The position numbers and the translations under genes are program-made. Positions 36,593-46,292 of a DNA stretch of 64,000 nucleotides are shown here, piece by piece. Position 1 is the stretch's first letter. Each line of letters starts with the position of its first letter. The notes under the pieces were generated by a model, which made no database searches, was not told the origin of the DNA, and was given only the letters and a program-made list of their open reading frames with translations. The DNA is from a virus: IMG/VR virus record IMGVR_UViG_3300044695_003767; one strand, given 5' to 3'.

Positions 36593-37012
36593 ATGGTAGG
36601 AACTTGTAAAAAATGCGAGAAAACTTTTAAATATTCTCCATCCCAATCAAACGGCATCTATTGTTCCAATAAATGTCAGCAAGAATACCTTTATGAACAA
36701 AATATTACTGATTGGTTGTCCAAAAAAATAACTGGAAAAGTTAGGGATGGAAGGCCAAGTGATTTTGTTAGAAGGTATATGCTTGAAGAAGCAGGACATA
36801 AATGTTCTGAATGTGGTTGGGGAAAAGCAAATCCAGTAAATGGTATTATCTACCTTGAAATAGACCACATAGATGGTTCGAGAGAAAATGGATACAAAGA
36901 AAACTTACGAGTTTTGTGTCCAAACTGTCATACTTTGACTGATACTTATAAAACTTTAAACAAAAAAGTTGGGTATCATAAAAAAAGAAAGCAGTTAAAC
37001 GAGCTGGTTTAG
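36593..37012 (+). mobile_element. Free-standing HNH endonuclease
   Basis: CxxC pairs; LEIDHIDG...NLRVLCPNCH; TATAAATA late promoter at 36561; inserted between tRNAs. Confidence 0.85.
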
Positions 37013-37075
37013 CAATCTGGCGAATGCAATCGACTCATAATCGATGGGAGGCGAGTTCGATCCTCGCAACCAGCA
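37003..37075 (+). tRNA. tRNA with CAU anticodon (elongator Met or Ile2)
   Basis: GCTGGTT/AACCAGC acceptor, ATCGA-CTCATAA-TCGAT, GCGAG-TTCGATC-CTCGC; paired G1-C72, so not initiator. Confidence 0.85.
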
Positions 37076-37076
37076 C

Positions 37077-37105
37077 TTGACCACTACAACTCTATGAGTT
37101 ATAAT
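37077..37105 (+). promoter_or_regulatory. Sigma70 promoter for tRNA-Leu
   Basis: TTGACC-N17-TATAAT. Confidence 0.7.
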
Positions 37106-37117
37106 GGTCTCATACAA

Positions 37118-37200
37118 GCGAGTATGGTGGAATCGGTAGACACACCAGACTTAAAATCTGTTGGGCATTGCTCGTGGGAGTTCAAGTCTCCCTACTCGCA
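37118..37200 (+). tRNA. tRNA-Leu(UAA)
   Basis: GCGAGTA/TACTCGC acceptor, CAGA-CTTAAAA-TCTG, variable arm, GGGAG-TTCAAGT-CTCCC. Confidence 0.92.
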
Positions 37201-37232
37201 CTAAAAATAAATACAAGATATGGGAATTTCCT

Positions 37233-37538
37233 ATGTCTTATCGTATCGATCACGCATACTGCTGGTACAATAATGGCAGTATGATTGTGAAGATGTACTT
37301 TATCAATCATATTCCTTTTACATTTGACGAACTTCCCGATGGACACTTATATGATCTAGATCTTTGTAGATTGGCAGACAAAGAAAGATCTTTTGAGCCA
37401 GAAGACTTGTACAGAAATTCTTTCTATCTGATAGATGAAGAGGTACATCCTTGCTTCTTTCCAGTTGAGTTAGAGAATCCTGAAGATATGCCTGACGATA
37501 TAGAATTTGAATATGATGGGGAAGATTTGACTAACTAA
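37233..37538 (+). CDS. Conserved cyanophage hypothetical protein
   Basis: MSYRIDHAYCWY...MYFINHIPFTFDEL...YLIDEE.HP; late promoter ATAAATA at ~37207. Confidence 0.7.
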   Translation: MSYRIDHAYCWYNNGSMIVKMYFINHIPFTFDELPDGHLYDLDLCRLADKERSFEPEDLYRNSFYLIDEEVHPCFFPVELENPEDMPDDIEFEYDGEDLTN

Positions 37539-37573
37539 ATAAAACATAGAAATCTTCTGGTTGTTATAATCCG

Positions 37574-40500
37574 ATGCCTCTTAATAAGTTAGATAATTTT
37601 ATCAAGAATACTGAAGGTCGTATTCTTTATGTAAGTCCAAGTGATCTTGATTCAACAGACAGTATTGATAATCAGGGTAATTCTCTTGCCAGACCCTTTA
37701 AAACAGTTCAGAGAGCACTTTTAGAGGCTGCAAGATTTTCATATGTGAAGGGTGATGATAATGATATTACAGAAAAAACAACAATTTTACTTCTTCCTGG
37801 TGAGCACATAATTGATAATAGACCAGGTTTTAGACTTTACAATGATGCAGGGACTGCTAAAGTCGTATCACCAGATTCGAGTATTGGTGTAACAAATCCA
37901 ACTGCAACTGCAGCTTTAAGTTTATCACTTTCTTCTAATTTTGATTTAACTCAACTTGATAATATCCTATACAAGTTTAATAGTATTTACGGTGGTGTTA
38001 TCGTACCTAGAGGTGTATCGATAGTTGGTTTAGACCTTAGAAAGACAAAGATTCGTCCTAAGTATGTACCAAACCCAACAGACTCATCAGCATCTAAAAC
38101 TGCTATTTTTAGACTCACCGGTGCTTGTTACTTATGGCAGTTTTCTTTCTTTGATGCTAGAGAAAGTGAATTAGCATATACAAATCCAACAGATTTTACT
38201 GATACAGCAAAACCAACATTTTCCCACCACAAAGTAACGTGTTTTGAATATTGTGATGGTGTAAACAAATATGCTAATACTGGTCTTACAGACCTTGATA
38301 TGTATTATGCAAAATTATCTCACGCATATGGCACTAGTGCTGGTACGAGAGAAATTGATCAAAAATATCCAACTGATGCTGGTGGGTTTGCAAAACAACG
38401 TCCAGAATGGGAAATTGTTGGTGCTTTTGATAGTGATGTAATTCCTGTTTCTGCAATTAGTATTAGCTCTTCTGGTAGCAATTTAGTTACAGTCACAACA
38501 TCAGTTCCTCACGAATTTAATGAAGGAACTCCAATCAAGGTTAGAAATGTAATTCCAGTAGATTACAATATTTCCACAAAAGTTCAAACAGTTTTAAGTG
38601 ATACTAAATTTACTTATTTGATTCCTAATGCAAGACGAGATCTTGACTTAAATGGCAATGCTTCTTCTGCAACTGTAGTTATTGAAACTGATACTGTTTC
38701 TGGTGCTTCTCCTTATATCTTCAACATCTCTATGCGTTCTGTATGGGGTATGAACGGAATGCACGCTGATGGTGCAAAGGCTTCTGGTTTCCGTTCAATG
38801 GTTGTTGCCCAATTTACGGGTGTTTCTCTGCAAAAAGATGATCGTGCTTTTGTAAAATACTTCCAAGATTCTAGAAAGTATATTGGAATTGATGTAACTA
38901 AAGTAACAGGATCGGAATTATCTGGTCGATCTTCATCTACAGATCCTGGGACTGCATTCCACCTAGATCCTGCAGCAATTTACCGAAATGGTTGGGAGTC
39001 TTCTCACATTAAGGCATCGAATGATTCATTTATTCAGGTCGTATCTGTATTCGCAATTGGATTTACTAAACATTTTGATGGAGAATCTGGTGCAGACTAC
39101 AGTATTACAAACTCTAACTCTAACTTTGGACAAATTTCTCTAAATGGTGATGGTTTTAAAGCAGAAGCATTTGATAAAGATAATAATTTATTCCTGACAA
39201 ATATTGTTACACCCAAATCTATTGTAGGAACGCCAAAAACCGTTGACTGGATTTCACTTGATGTTGGAGTTACAACTACTGTCGGTGTATCAACTCGACT
39301 CTATCTGTTTGGATTTAAATCTCAAGATGATATTCCACCAGTTTTAACTCAAGGATATCGCATTGGTGGCGCAGTAAATGATAAGTTGTATGTGACAATA
39401 AACAATGTCGAATATTCGGCAGACATTGTGATGTCTGATGGAGTGACTAGTAGTGTAAAAGATTACACAGTATCAACTGTCAATAATAATAGATTTACAC
39501 TAAGTAGTGCTCATACTCTAGAGAATACAGAAAAAGTTACATTACAGAGTTTAAGTGGAGATCTTCCTGAAAATATTACCGAGCACACTGTTTATTATGC
39601 AATTACTTCTAGCATTAATGCTACTCGAACAGATGGTATAACGTTATCATCAACTCAGATTCAACTTGCAACTTCTCAGGCAGATGCAAGTCTTGGTATT
39701 CCCGTTACAATTTATGGTGGTAAAGATCTTAAACTTTTAAGTAGAGTTCACGATAAACAAGCTGGAGATATTGGGCATTCTGTTCAGTTTGATTCTACGA
39801 ATAAGCAATGGTTTATTACTGTAAAATCAACAAACAATACAATCTATAGTCAACTTGCTGCTTTAGGTGTCGGTGGATATCAAGCTAGAACTGATCCATC
39901 GTATATTAAGAGGATTCCAGATACAAGAAGTTTGGATGAAAAATTATATAAACTTAGAGTTGTCATTCCAAAAGAACTTTTGGGTGCAAAAGCTCCAGAA
40001 CCTGGATTTATTATTCAAGAGAGTAGTACAACTGGTGCAAGAAATGATTCCGATTTCCTTCTTCCAACTACCAGGAATCTAAATTATTTTGACTACAATT
40101 ATAGTAAAAATCCAAGATTAATTGCAAGTTGCTCAAGATCTACTGCAGTTAATGGAGTTTATACTGTAACAGTTGTAAGTGAAACCCCTCACGATCTCCA
40201 AGTTGGCAATAGCATTAAAATTTATAATGTAAAAGATTCTACTCTTAATCCATTTGGTGAATATGGATATGGGTATAATGGAAAGTTTTCCGTAAAATCT
40301 GTAGTAAACGATATGGCGTTTACTTATGATATTGTATCTGGAGTATCAACAAACGCAACATTCCCAACTACAAGAGGAACTTCTTGGCCAAGATTTGAGA
40401 AAAATGATGTAAAAAATAACTTTGTTGTTTATCGCAGTGTTGTTATTTCTGAATATGCGGAAGGTCAAAGAGATGGTGTTTATCATCTGTTTGTTATAAA

Positions 40501-43414
40501 TGCAGACAATAGAGTTGAAGAAGAGTTTACTTCAAGTGCATACACTCAAAATATTGTAGATCTTTATCCACAATTAGATAGAGACAATATCAATGATAAC
40601 CCTCCAGCTTCTAAATCTTATGCACTTAGAGCACCTCTGGGTAAAGTTATAACAAATGATTTAAAGCGTAGTCTTACAAGAGAAACCACAGATAAATTTG
40701 CTAGGACATTTGGGTTTGGTTTAGGAATTACCACTGTATCAACTGCATCAACTTCTGCAACATTAAGTTTTGATAGAAATCACGGATATGGTGGTATAAT
40801 TTCTGTTGGCATCTCATCTGGTGGAGTTGGATATTCAACTGGTACTTATTATAATGTTAAAATTTTACCAGATGGAACCATAACAAGTAATTGGCAAGGT
40901 GCTACTGCAACTGTTGTAGTTAATAGTAGTAGAAACGTATCTTCTGTTCAAATTACAAACCCTGGATCTGGATATGCATCAGGAACCTATCAATTAGATG
41001 AAAGTGTAATTGGAAACAACGGTGCTTCGACAAATGTATCATTGACTGTAACTTCTGGCGGCATTTCAACTTCAATTGGTCAAGTTGTGCAAGTCACTGG
41101 TATTGGTACAACATCTGATGGTTATTACAGAATTAGTGGAGTTCCTGCTCCAAATCAAATTTCAATCGCAAAAACTGCAGGAGATCCAACAGCAATAGTT
41201 GGACAATATGCATTCCTTGTTGGTCCATCGATCTCAATTTCCTCAATAGAATCAAATGCCACTCTTGGGATTACTACTTTCAATTGCTCTTCAGCACACG
41301 GATTAGTTGCTGGCAATAAATTTAGAGTCATTGACAGCAACAATAATAATCTTGGTGATTATTTGGTCAATTCAAGAGTTGGAGTTAACACATTTAATGT
41401 GGCATCTGCAGGTATCACCACAGCTGCATTTGTATTGAAGCACGGATTGGCATCAAATGATGGATCTTCTGATCAGGCATCAGAAAACTTAAGTACAAGA
41501 ACTAGTTTCATCTTTGATAAGGAAATTGCTTATGTTGTTGGATTTACTGATGATACAAAAATTAGAATCTCAGTTCCATCGTCTGGAGTAGGAACTGCAA
41601 ATAGATTCTACTATGGATCTTACATTCAAATTGATGATGAGATTATGAGAGTTGCAAGTAACACTCTCGGTGGAACATTCAATGATGAGATTACAGTTCT
41701 TCGTGGTGTTCTTGCTACAAGAAAAGTATCTCACGATGTTGGATCAATTATTAGAAGAATTTCTCCAGTTCCTTTAGAAATTCGTAGACCAACGACAATG
41801 AGAGCGTCTGGTCATACATTTGAATATCTTGGTTATGGTCCTGGAAACTATTCAACAGGTCTTCCTCAAGTACAAATTAGATCTCTGACGGAAAGAGAAG
41901 AGTTTCTTTCCCAATCTCAAGAAAAGAGTGGTGGTATTGTTGTTTACACTGGTATGAACAACAGAGGAGATTCTTTCCAAGGAAACTCCAAATCAACTGC
42001 AGCTAGTGGTCAAATTGTCACGTTTGACATTCCAACACCAACGATTACTGGTGAAAATACATCTAGATTGAGTGTTGTATTTGATGAAGTTACCGTTAAA
42101 GAAAGAATCGTTGTAGAAGGTGGTAGTTCAAATACTGTTCTTTCTCAGTTTGATGGACCATTAAATGTTAATGGTGAATCTAACTTTACTGCACCAGTTA
42201 TAGTTAGACATCTCTTTACTGTTAGAGATGAAACTGACTCTACTAGTGTTACTAATGGTGCTTTAATGGTTACCGGTGGTGCTGGTATTGCAAAGAATGT
42301 AACGATTGGTGGAACTTGTAGAGTTGTCAATACAATAGACTCCACATCTTCCACAACAGGATCTTTAATTATTTCTGGTGGAGTTGGTGTTGCAAAAACC
42401 ATTACAGTTGGTGGATCATTAAATATTAATGCTGGAATAGGGACTACTAGACTAAATTCATTAAGTGTTAGAGGAAGTAACAACTCATCTCCAATCGCAG
42501 CAAAGTCTGGTTCGCACGATACAGTTTGGTCTGTTTTACCTCATAGTGATGGAATTACTTACCTTTCTTCAGGAACATATTATGACAATGGATCTTGGAT
42601 TCACGCTTCACCTAATACAAATAGTTGTCTTCTTGGAATAACTGGTCTAACTGGAGCAAGATGGTATGCATCGGGAAATTCGTCTGCTACTTGGAACTTA
42701 GCAAGTGATGTTCAACTTTGGGATAATACTGGTGTTTGGAAAAATACTATTAACATTGGATCAAATACTGCTACCATAGGAACTTTAAATGTTACCAATA
42801 CAACTACTTTTAGTAGTACTGTAAACTTTACTTCTAATGCATCTTTTGCTGATAATGATGTATTAAATTTTGGTGATGGTAATGACTTACAAATTTTCCA
42901 TAATGGAAGCAATAGTTACATTGATGATGCCGGAACTGGTATTCTATACATAAGATCTAATCAAACTGAAATACAAAAATATACTGGAGAAACAATAGCT
43001 CAATTTGTATCAGATGGAGCAGTAAATCTCTACTATGATAACTCCAAGAAATTTGAAACTACAAATACAGGAGTAAGTATTAGTGGAGAAATAACTGCCA
43101 GTGGTGATATCACAGCATTCTTCACTTCTGACCAAAGATTGAAAGATAATATTGTTGCGATTGAAGATCCACTTGCAAAAGTACTTTCAATTAGTGGTAA
43201 CACTTATACTTGGAATGAAAAGTCTGGTAAAGAAGGAAATGATGTTGGTGTAATTGCTCAAGAAGTTCTTGAAGTTCTTCCAGAAGCAGTTACAACAAGA
43301 GATAATGGATATCTTGCGGTTCGATATGAAAAACTTGTCCCACTTCTTGTAGAAGCAATCAAAGAACTCTCACATAAAGTTGAAGTTCTCGAACAAAAAC
43401 TACAAGATAAATAA
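37574..43414 (+). CDS. Large tail fibre/virion protein with C-terminal S74 chaperone
   Basis: MPLNKLDNFIKNTEGRILYV..., RPFKTVQRALLEAARFSY, SGHTFEYLGYGPGNYSTGLPQ, TSDQRLKDNI...GVIAQEV. Confidence 0.85.
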   Translation: MPLNKLDNFIKNTEGRILYVSPSDLDSTDSIDNQGNSLARPFKTVQRALLEAARFSYVKGDDNDITEKTTILLLPGEHIIDNRPGFRLYNDAGTAKVVSPDSSIGVTNPTATAALSLSLSSNFDLTQLDNILYKFNSIYGGVIVPRGVSIVGLDLRKTKIRPKYVPNPTDSSASKTAIFRLTGACYLWQFSFFDARESELAYTNPTDFTDTAKPTFSHHKVTCFEYCDGVNKYANTGLTDLDMYYAKLSHAYGTSAGTREIDQKYPTDAGGFAKQRPEWEIVGAFDSDVIPVSAISISSSGSNLVTVTTSVPHEFNEGTPIKVRNVIPVDYNISTKVQTVLSDTKFTYLIPNARRDLDLNGNASSATVVIETDTVSGASPYIFNISMRSVWGMNGMHADGAKASGFRSMVVAQFTGVSLQKDDRAFVKYFQDSRKYIGIDVTKVTGSELSGRSSSTDPGTAFHLDPAAIYRNGWESSHIKASNDSFIQVVSVFAIGFTKHFDGESGADYSITNSNSNFGQISLNGDGFKAEAFDKDNNLFLTNIVTPKSIVGTPKTVDWISLDVGVTTTVGVSTRLYLFGFKSQDDIPPVLTQGYRIGGAVNDKLYVTINNVEYSADIVMSDGVTSSVKDYTVSTVNNNRFTLSSAHTLENTEKVTLQSLSGDLPENITEHTVYYAITSSINATRTDGITLSSTQIQLATSQADASLGIPVTIYGGKDLKLLSRVHDKQAGDIGHSVQFDSTNKQWFITVKSTNNTIYSQLAALGVGGYQARTDPSYIKRIPDTRSLDEKLYKLRVVIPKELLGAKAPEPGFIIQESSTTGARNDSDFLLPTTRNLNYFDYNYSKNPRLIASCSRSTAVNGVYTVTVVSETPHDLQVGNSIKIYNVKDSTLNPFGEYGYGYNGKFSVKSVVNDMAFTYDIVSGVSTNATFPTTRGTSWPRFEKNDVKNNFVVYRSVVISEYAEGQRDGVYHLFVINADNRVEEEFTSSAYTQNIVDLYPQLDRDNINDNPPASKSYALRAPLGKVITNDLKRSLTRETTDKFARTFGFGLGITTVSTASTSATLSFDRNHGYGGIISVGISSGGVGYSTGTYYNVKILPDGTITSNWQGATATVVVNSSRNVSSVQITNPGSGYASGTYQLDESVIGNNGASTNVSLTVTSGGISTSIGQVVQVTGIGTTSDGYYRISGVPAPNQISIAKTAGDPTAIVGQYAFLVGPSISISSIESNATLGITTFNCSSAHGLVAGNKFRVIDSNNNNLGDYLVNSRVGVNTFNVASAGITTAAFVLKHGLASNDGSSDQASENLSTRTSFIFDKEIAYVVGFTDDTKIRISVPSSGVGTANRFYYGSYIQIDDEIMRVASNTLGGTFNDEITVLRGVLATRKVSHDVGSIIRRISPVPLEIRRPTTMRASGHTFEYLGYGPGNYSTGLPQVQIRSLTEREEFLSQSQEKSGGIVVYTGMNNRGDSFQGNSKSTAASGQIVTFDIPTPTITGENTSRLSVVFDEVTVKERIVVEGGSSNTVLSQFDGPLNVNGESNFTAPVIVRHLFTVRDETDSTSVTNGALMVTGGAGIAKNVTIGGTCRVVNTIDSTSSTTGSLIISGGVGVAKTITVGGSLNINAGIGTTRLNSLSVRGSNNSSPIAAKSGSHDTVWSVLPHSDGITYLSSGTYYDNGSWIHASPNTNSCLLGITGLTGARWYASGNSSATWNLASDVQLWDNTGVWKNTINIGSNTATIGTLNVTNTTTFSSTVNFTSNASFADNDVLNFGDGNDLQIFHNGSNSYIDDAGTGILYIRSNQTEIQKYTGETIAQFVSDGAVNLYYDNSKKFETTNTGVSISGEITASGDITAFFTSDQRLKDNIVAIEDPLAKVLSISGNTYTWNEKSGKEGNDVGVIAQEVLEVLPEAVTTRDNGYLAVRYEKLVPLLVEAIKELSHKVEVLEQKLQDK

Positions 43415-43430
43415 TTAAAAAGCATATAAA

Positions 43431-46160
43431 ATGGCAAATTATAGGAAGTCATTTAACTTTAGAAGTGGAGTTCAGGTTGATAATGATCGATTTATTGTAG
43501 ATGGAAGAGGAAATGTTGGAGTAGGAACGTCTGCTCCAAATAGAATTCTTGATGTATATGGTACTGCGAGATTTGATGGAACAACAGAATTAAATAGGAT
43601 TCAAACCTCTGGAGTTTCCACATTTACGTCATTAGTAAACATTGGATCTAGTGTATTCTTAAATCCATCTACTGGGATTATATCGGCCTACTCTTATCGA
43701 GGTGATGGTAGACTTCTTGATGGTGTGATTGCTATCGCTACTGATGGTTGGAAAGTAAAGGCAGGAACTCTTTCTACAACTTTTAGTGTTTATGTCGGTC
43801 TTGGGTCTGATATTGCTCAGACAAGATTCCAAGTTGGATTAGGAACGTCAACGTTTGTTGTTACTGATAGTGGCACTATTGGAATTGGAACAATATCACC
43901 AGCATCAAAATTTCACGTGGTTGGTGATGCATTAATTTCTAATAGGTTAGTATCTTCAAATATTACTGTTGGTACTGGATTAAGTGTTTCTGGAATTTCT
44001 ACACTTGGAGTCACCACATTCACAGGTGCCGTAAGTTTTGGTTCTTCCATTTACTTTGGTGATAATGATGTATTAAATATTGGTGATAGTAATGATTTAC
44101 AAATTTATCATAGTGGATCTACTAGTTTTATTTTAGATAATGGAACTGGAAATCTTGCTTTAGGATCAAATGGAGATAGGGTTTCTATAGTAAAAGGAGA
44201 TGGAACAGAAACTCTTGCAAGATTTAATATAGACGATTCTGTTGAACTTTGGTTTAATAACGTAAAAGAATTTGAAACCACTGGATATGGTGCAACTGTT
44301 TATGGAGTTTTACAATCCGAAGGACTTCAATCTTCTGGAATTACTACATTAGCAGTTAATAGTTCTTCGGATGCATTAAGAATTACTCAACTTGGTTCTG
44401 GAAATGCCTTAGTTGTTGAAGATGAAACAAATCCCGATTCAACACCTTTTGTAGTTACTGGTATTGGAAGTGTTGGTATAGGAAAAGCAAGTCCCGTAGC
44501 AAAACTTGATGTTGTAGGAGATGCAAGAATTTCTAATTCTGTTCTTGCATCTACTTTTATTGGTGATTTAACAGGAACAGCAACAAATGCAACAAACCTT
44601 TCAGATGGTGCAAATATTACTACGGGCACAATTAATGATGCGAGATTGCCAGATATAATTACATCAAACCTATCAGCATCCACAGGAATTTCTACAGTTA
44701 CTAAACTTAGATCTGAAAGTATTGGAATTGGAACCGATACTTTTACTTCAGATTTAGCAATCATAAAGGATGCCTCAGTTTCTCTTGAATTAATTTCTAG
44801 AACGGGAAATACAACAATAGGTCTTGGTTCAGAAACTATAGGTAATAATAACACAGCAAGAATTAAATATACACCACTCAGTCAAGTTTTAGATTTTGAA
44901 AATTATGGATCTGGAGAAGTTAATTTCCACGTTCATAAGGGAACTGGTGCAGTAGTTGGTACTCAAACTGGAGGATTTTATTTTAAAACTGGTTCTGTCA
45001 GTAGGACCTTGATGAATTTGGCTTATGATGGAAGAGTCTCAATAAATGAAGAAGTTCCTTTATTGACTGATTTAGGTTACCGATTGATGGTCAATGGCAA
45101 CACCAAAATTAGAGGAAGATTAGATTTAGATCAAGGAATAACTGCTGGTATTGTAACTGTTTCCAGTTTAAACAGTGTGAGTCCATCTACATTCCCAACA
45201 ACTCAAAACTTTAACACTCAATCTGGAATATCAACATTTAATCAGTTTAGAGTTACAAATCTATTAAATGTAACTGGTGTAAGTTCTTTTGCGGGAATTA
45301 CAACGTTCCTTAGTGGAGTTTCAATTGGTAGTTCCACTGTAGGTACAAATAGCCCATTAAACATTTATTCGACAGCAACATTAACAAATTCTACTCTTGG
45401 ACTGTCTACATCAAAAATTTATTATGATTATGTGGGAGGAATAACGACAGGATTCTCAGATCCAAGAAATCAAACAAAATTAAGTGGACTTATTGCGGAT
45501 CCAAATAAGAAAATTTCTGCGTTTGGTTATGGTGATTATCAAGTAAGAACCGGTGGATTGAGTATTATTTGTCAAGATTATATTAATATACATCCATCCA
45601 TTGCCATTACTACTGCAGGTAATTGGGAAGGATTGACTGTAGCAGAAAATAGTGATATGGGTCTAAGATATTCAAATGGTAGTAATTTACCAATGATTGG
45701 TATTAATACTATATTTGCAAGATCAATTGTTGATGTTGGTTATGCAGTAACTTCAATGAATAGTTACTTTATACCACCAAGATTAACGACCACAGAACTT
45801 TATTTTGTAAGTCAATTGTGGAATCCTGCAGTTGCTGGTCCTTCAGCAGGTAACTGGTTTAATCATTTGAGAGCAAATTCTTCTACTCCAAATGGTGTTG
45901 TAAGTGGTGCAATTGTTTTTGATACAACTGCATCACAACTTAAGGTTGGTATTGGAAGCACGACTTTTGTTGGTATTGCAACATTTACAAATAATCATAG
46001 TGGATTTAGTGCATTTATTCCACCTAGGATGAGTACCACTGAAAGAAATACAATGACAAATGCTGGTATTTCTAGTGGAGCAATCATTTATAATTCCACA
46101 ACAGATAGATTGGAAGTCAGGTTAAAAGGTTCCTGGTTTGGTATTACAACTGCAGTCTAA
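43431..46160 (+). CDS. Tail fibre protein
   Basis: KSFNFRSGVQVD, GNVGVGT, GIGT..P repeats, PPRMSTTER...GAIIYNSTT..L. Confidence 0.8.
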   Translation: MANYRKSFNFRSGVQVDNDRFIVDGRGNVGVGTSAPNRILDVYGTARFDGTTELNRIQTSGVSTFTSLVNIGSSVFLNPSTGIISAYSYRGDGRLLDGVIAIATDGWKVKAGTLSTTFSVYVGLGSDIAQTRFQVGLGTSTFVVTDSGTIGIGTISPASKFHVVGDALISNRLVSSNITVGTGLSVSGISTLGVTTFTGAVSFGSSIYFGDNDVLNIGDSNDLQIYHSGSTSFILDNGTGNLALGSNGDRVSIVKGDGTETLARFNIDDSVELWFNNVKEFETTGYGATVYGVLQSEGLQSSGITTLAVNSSSDALRITQLGSGNALVVEDETNPDSTPFVVTGIGSVGIGKASPVAKLDVVGDARISNSVLASTFIGDLTGTATNATNLSDGANITTGTINDARLPDIITSNLSASTGISTVTKLRSESIGIGTDTFTSDLAIIKDASVSLELISRTGNTTIGLGSETIGNNNTARIKYTPLSQVLDFENYGSGEVNFHVHKGTGAVVGTQTGGFYFKTGSVSRTLMNLAYDGRVSINEEVPLLTDLGYRLMVNGNTKIRGRLDLDQGITAGIVTVSSLNSVSPSTFPTTQNFNTQSGISTFNQFRVTNLLNVTGVSSFAGITTFLSGVSIGSSTVGTNSPLNIYSTATLTNSTLGLSTSKIYYDYVGGITTGFSDPRNQTKLSGLIADPNKKISAFGYGDYQVRTGGLSIICQDYINIHPSIAITTAGNWEGLTVAENSDMGLRYSNGSNLPMIGINTIFARSIVDVGYAVTSMNSYFIPPRLTTTELYFVSQLWNPAVAGPSAGNWFNHLRANSSTPNGVVSGAIVFDTTASQLKVGIGSTTFVGIATFTNNHSGFSAFIPPRMSTTERNTMTNAGISSGAIIYNSTTDRLEVRLKGSWFGITTAV

Positions 46161-46163
46161 TAC

Positions 46164-46192
46164 TTGACATAATCCTCAAATACCACTAGACT
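46164..46192 (+). promoter_or_regulatory. Sigma70 promoter
   Basis: TTGACA-N17-TAGACT. Confidence 0.6.
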
Positions 46193-46222
46193 ACCTTTGT
46201 CTGGGTTGGAGATGAGGCTCTA

Positions 46223-46279
46223 GGCCACTTTAAGAACCGTCACAGGACCCCTCACAGGGTCCTGTTTTTGCTGTATAAT
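46223..46279 (+). promoter_or_regulatory. Operator-hairpin-TATAAT promoter module
   Basis: GGCCACTT-N4-AACCGTCACA, hairpin CAGGACCC/GGGTCCTG plus T run, TATAAT 29 nt after the motif. Confidence 0.65.
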
Positions 46280-46292
46280 ATTCCTATATTCA

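Noticed and set aside
36540-37012. Group I intron around the HNH gene
   Set aside because: Both flanking tRNAs are complete and there is no room for a ribozyme core
37161-37232. N-terminal extension of ORF 37161-37538
   Set aside because: Overlaps tRNA-Leu; ATG 37233 after the late promoter is preferred
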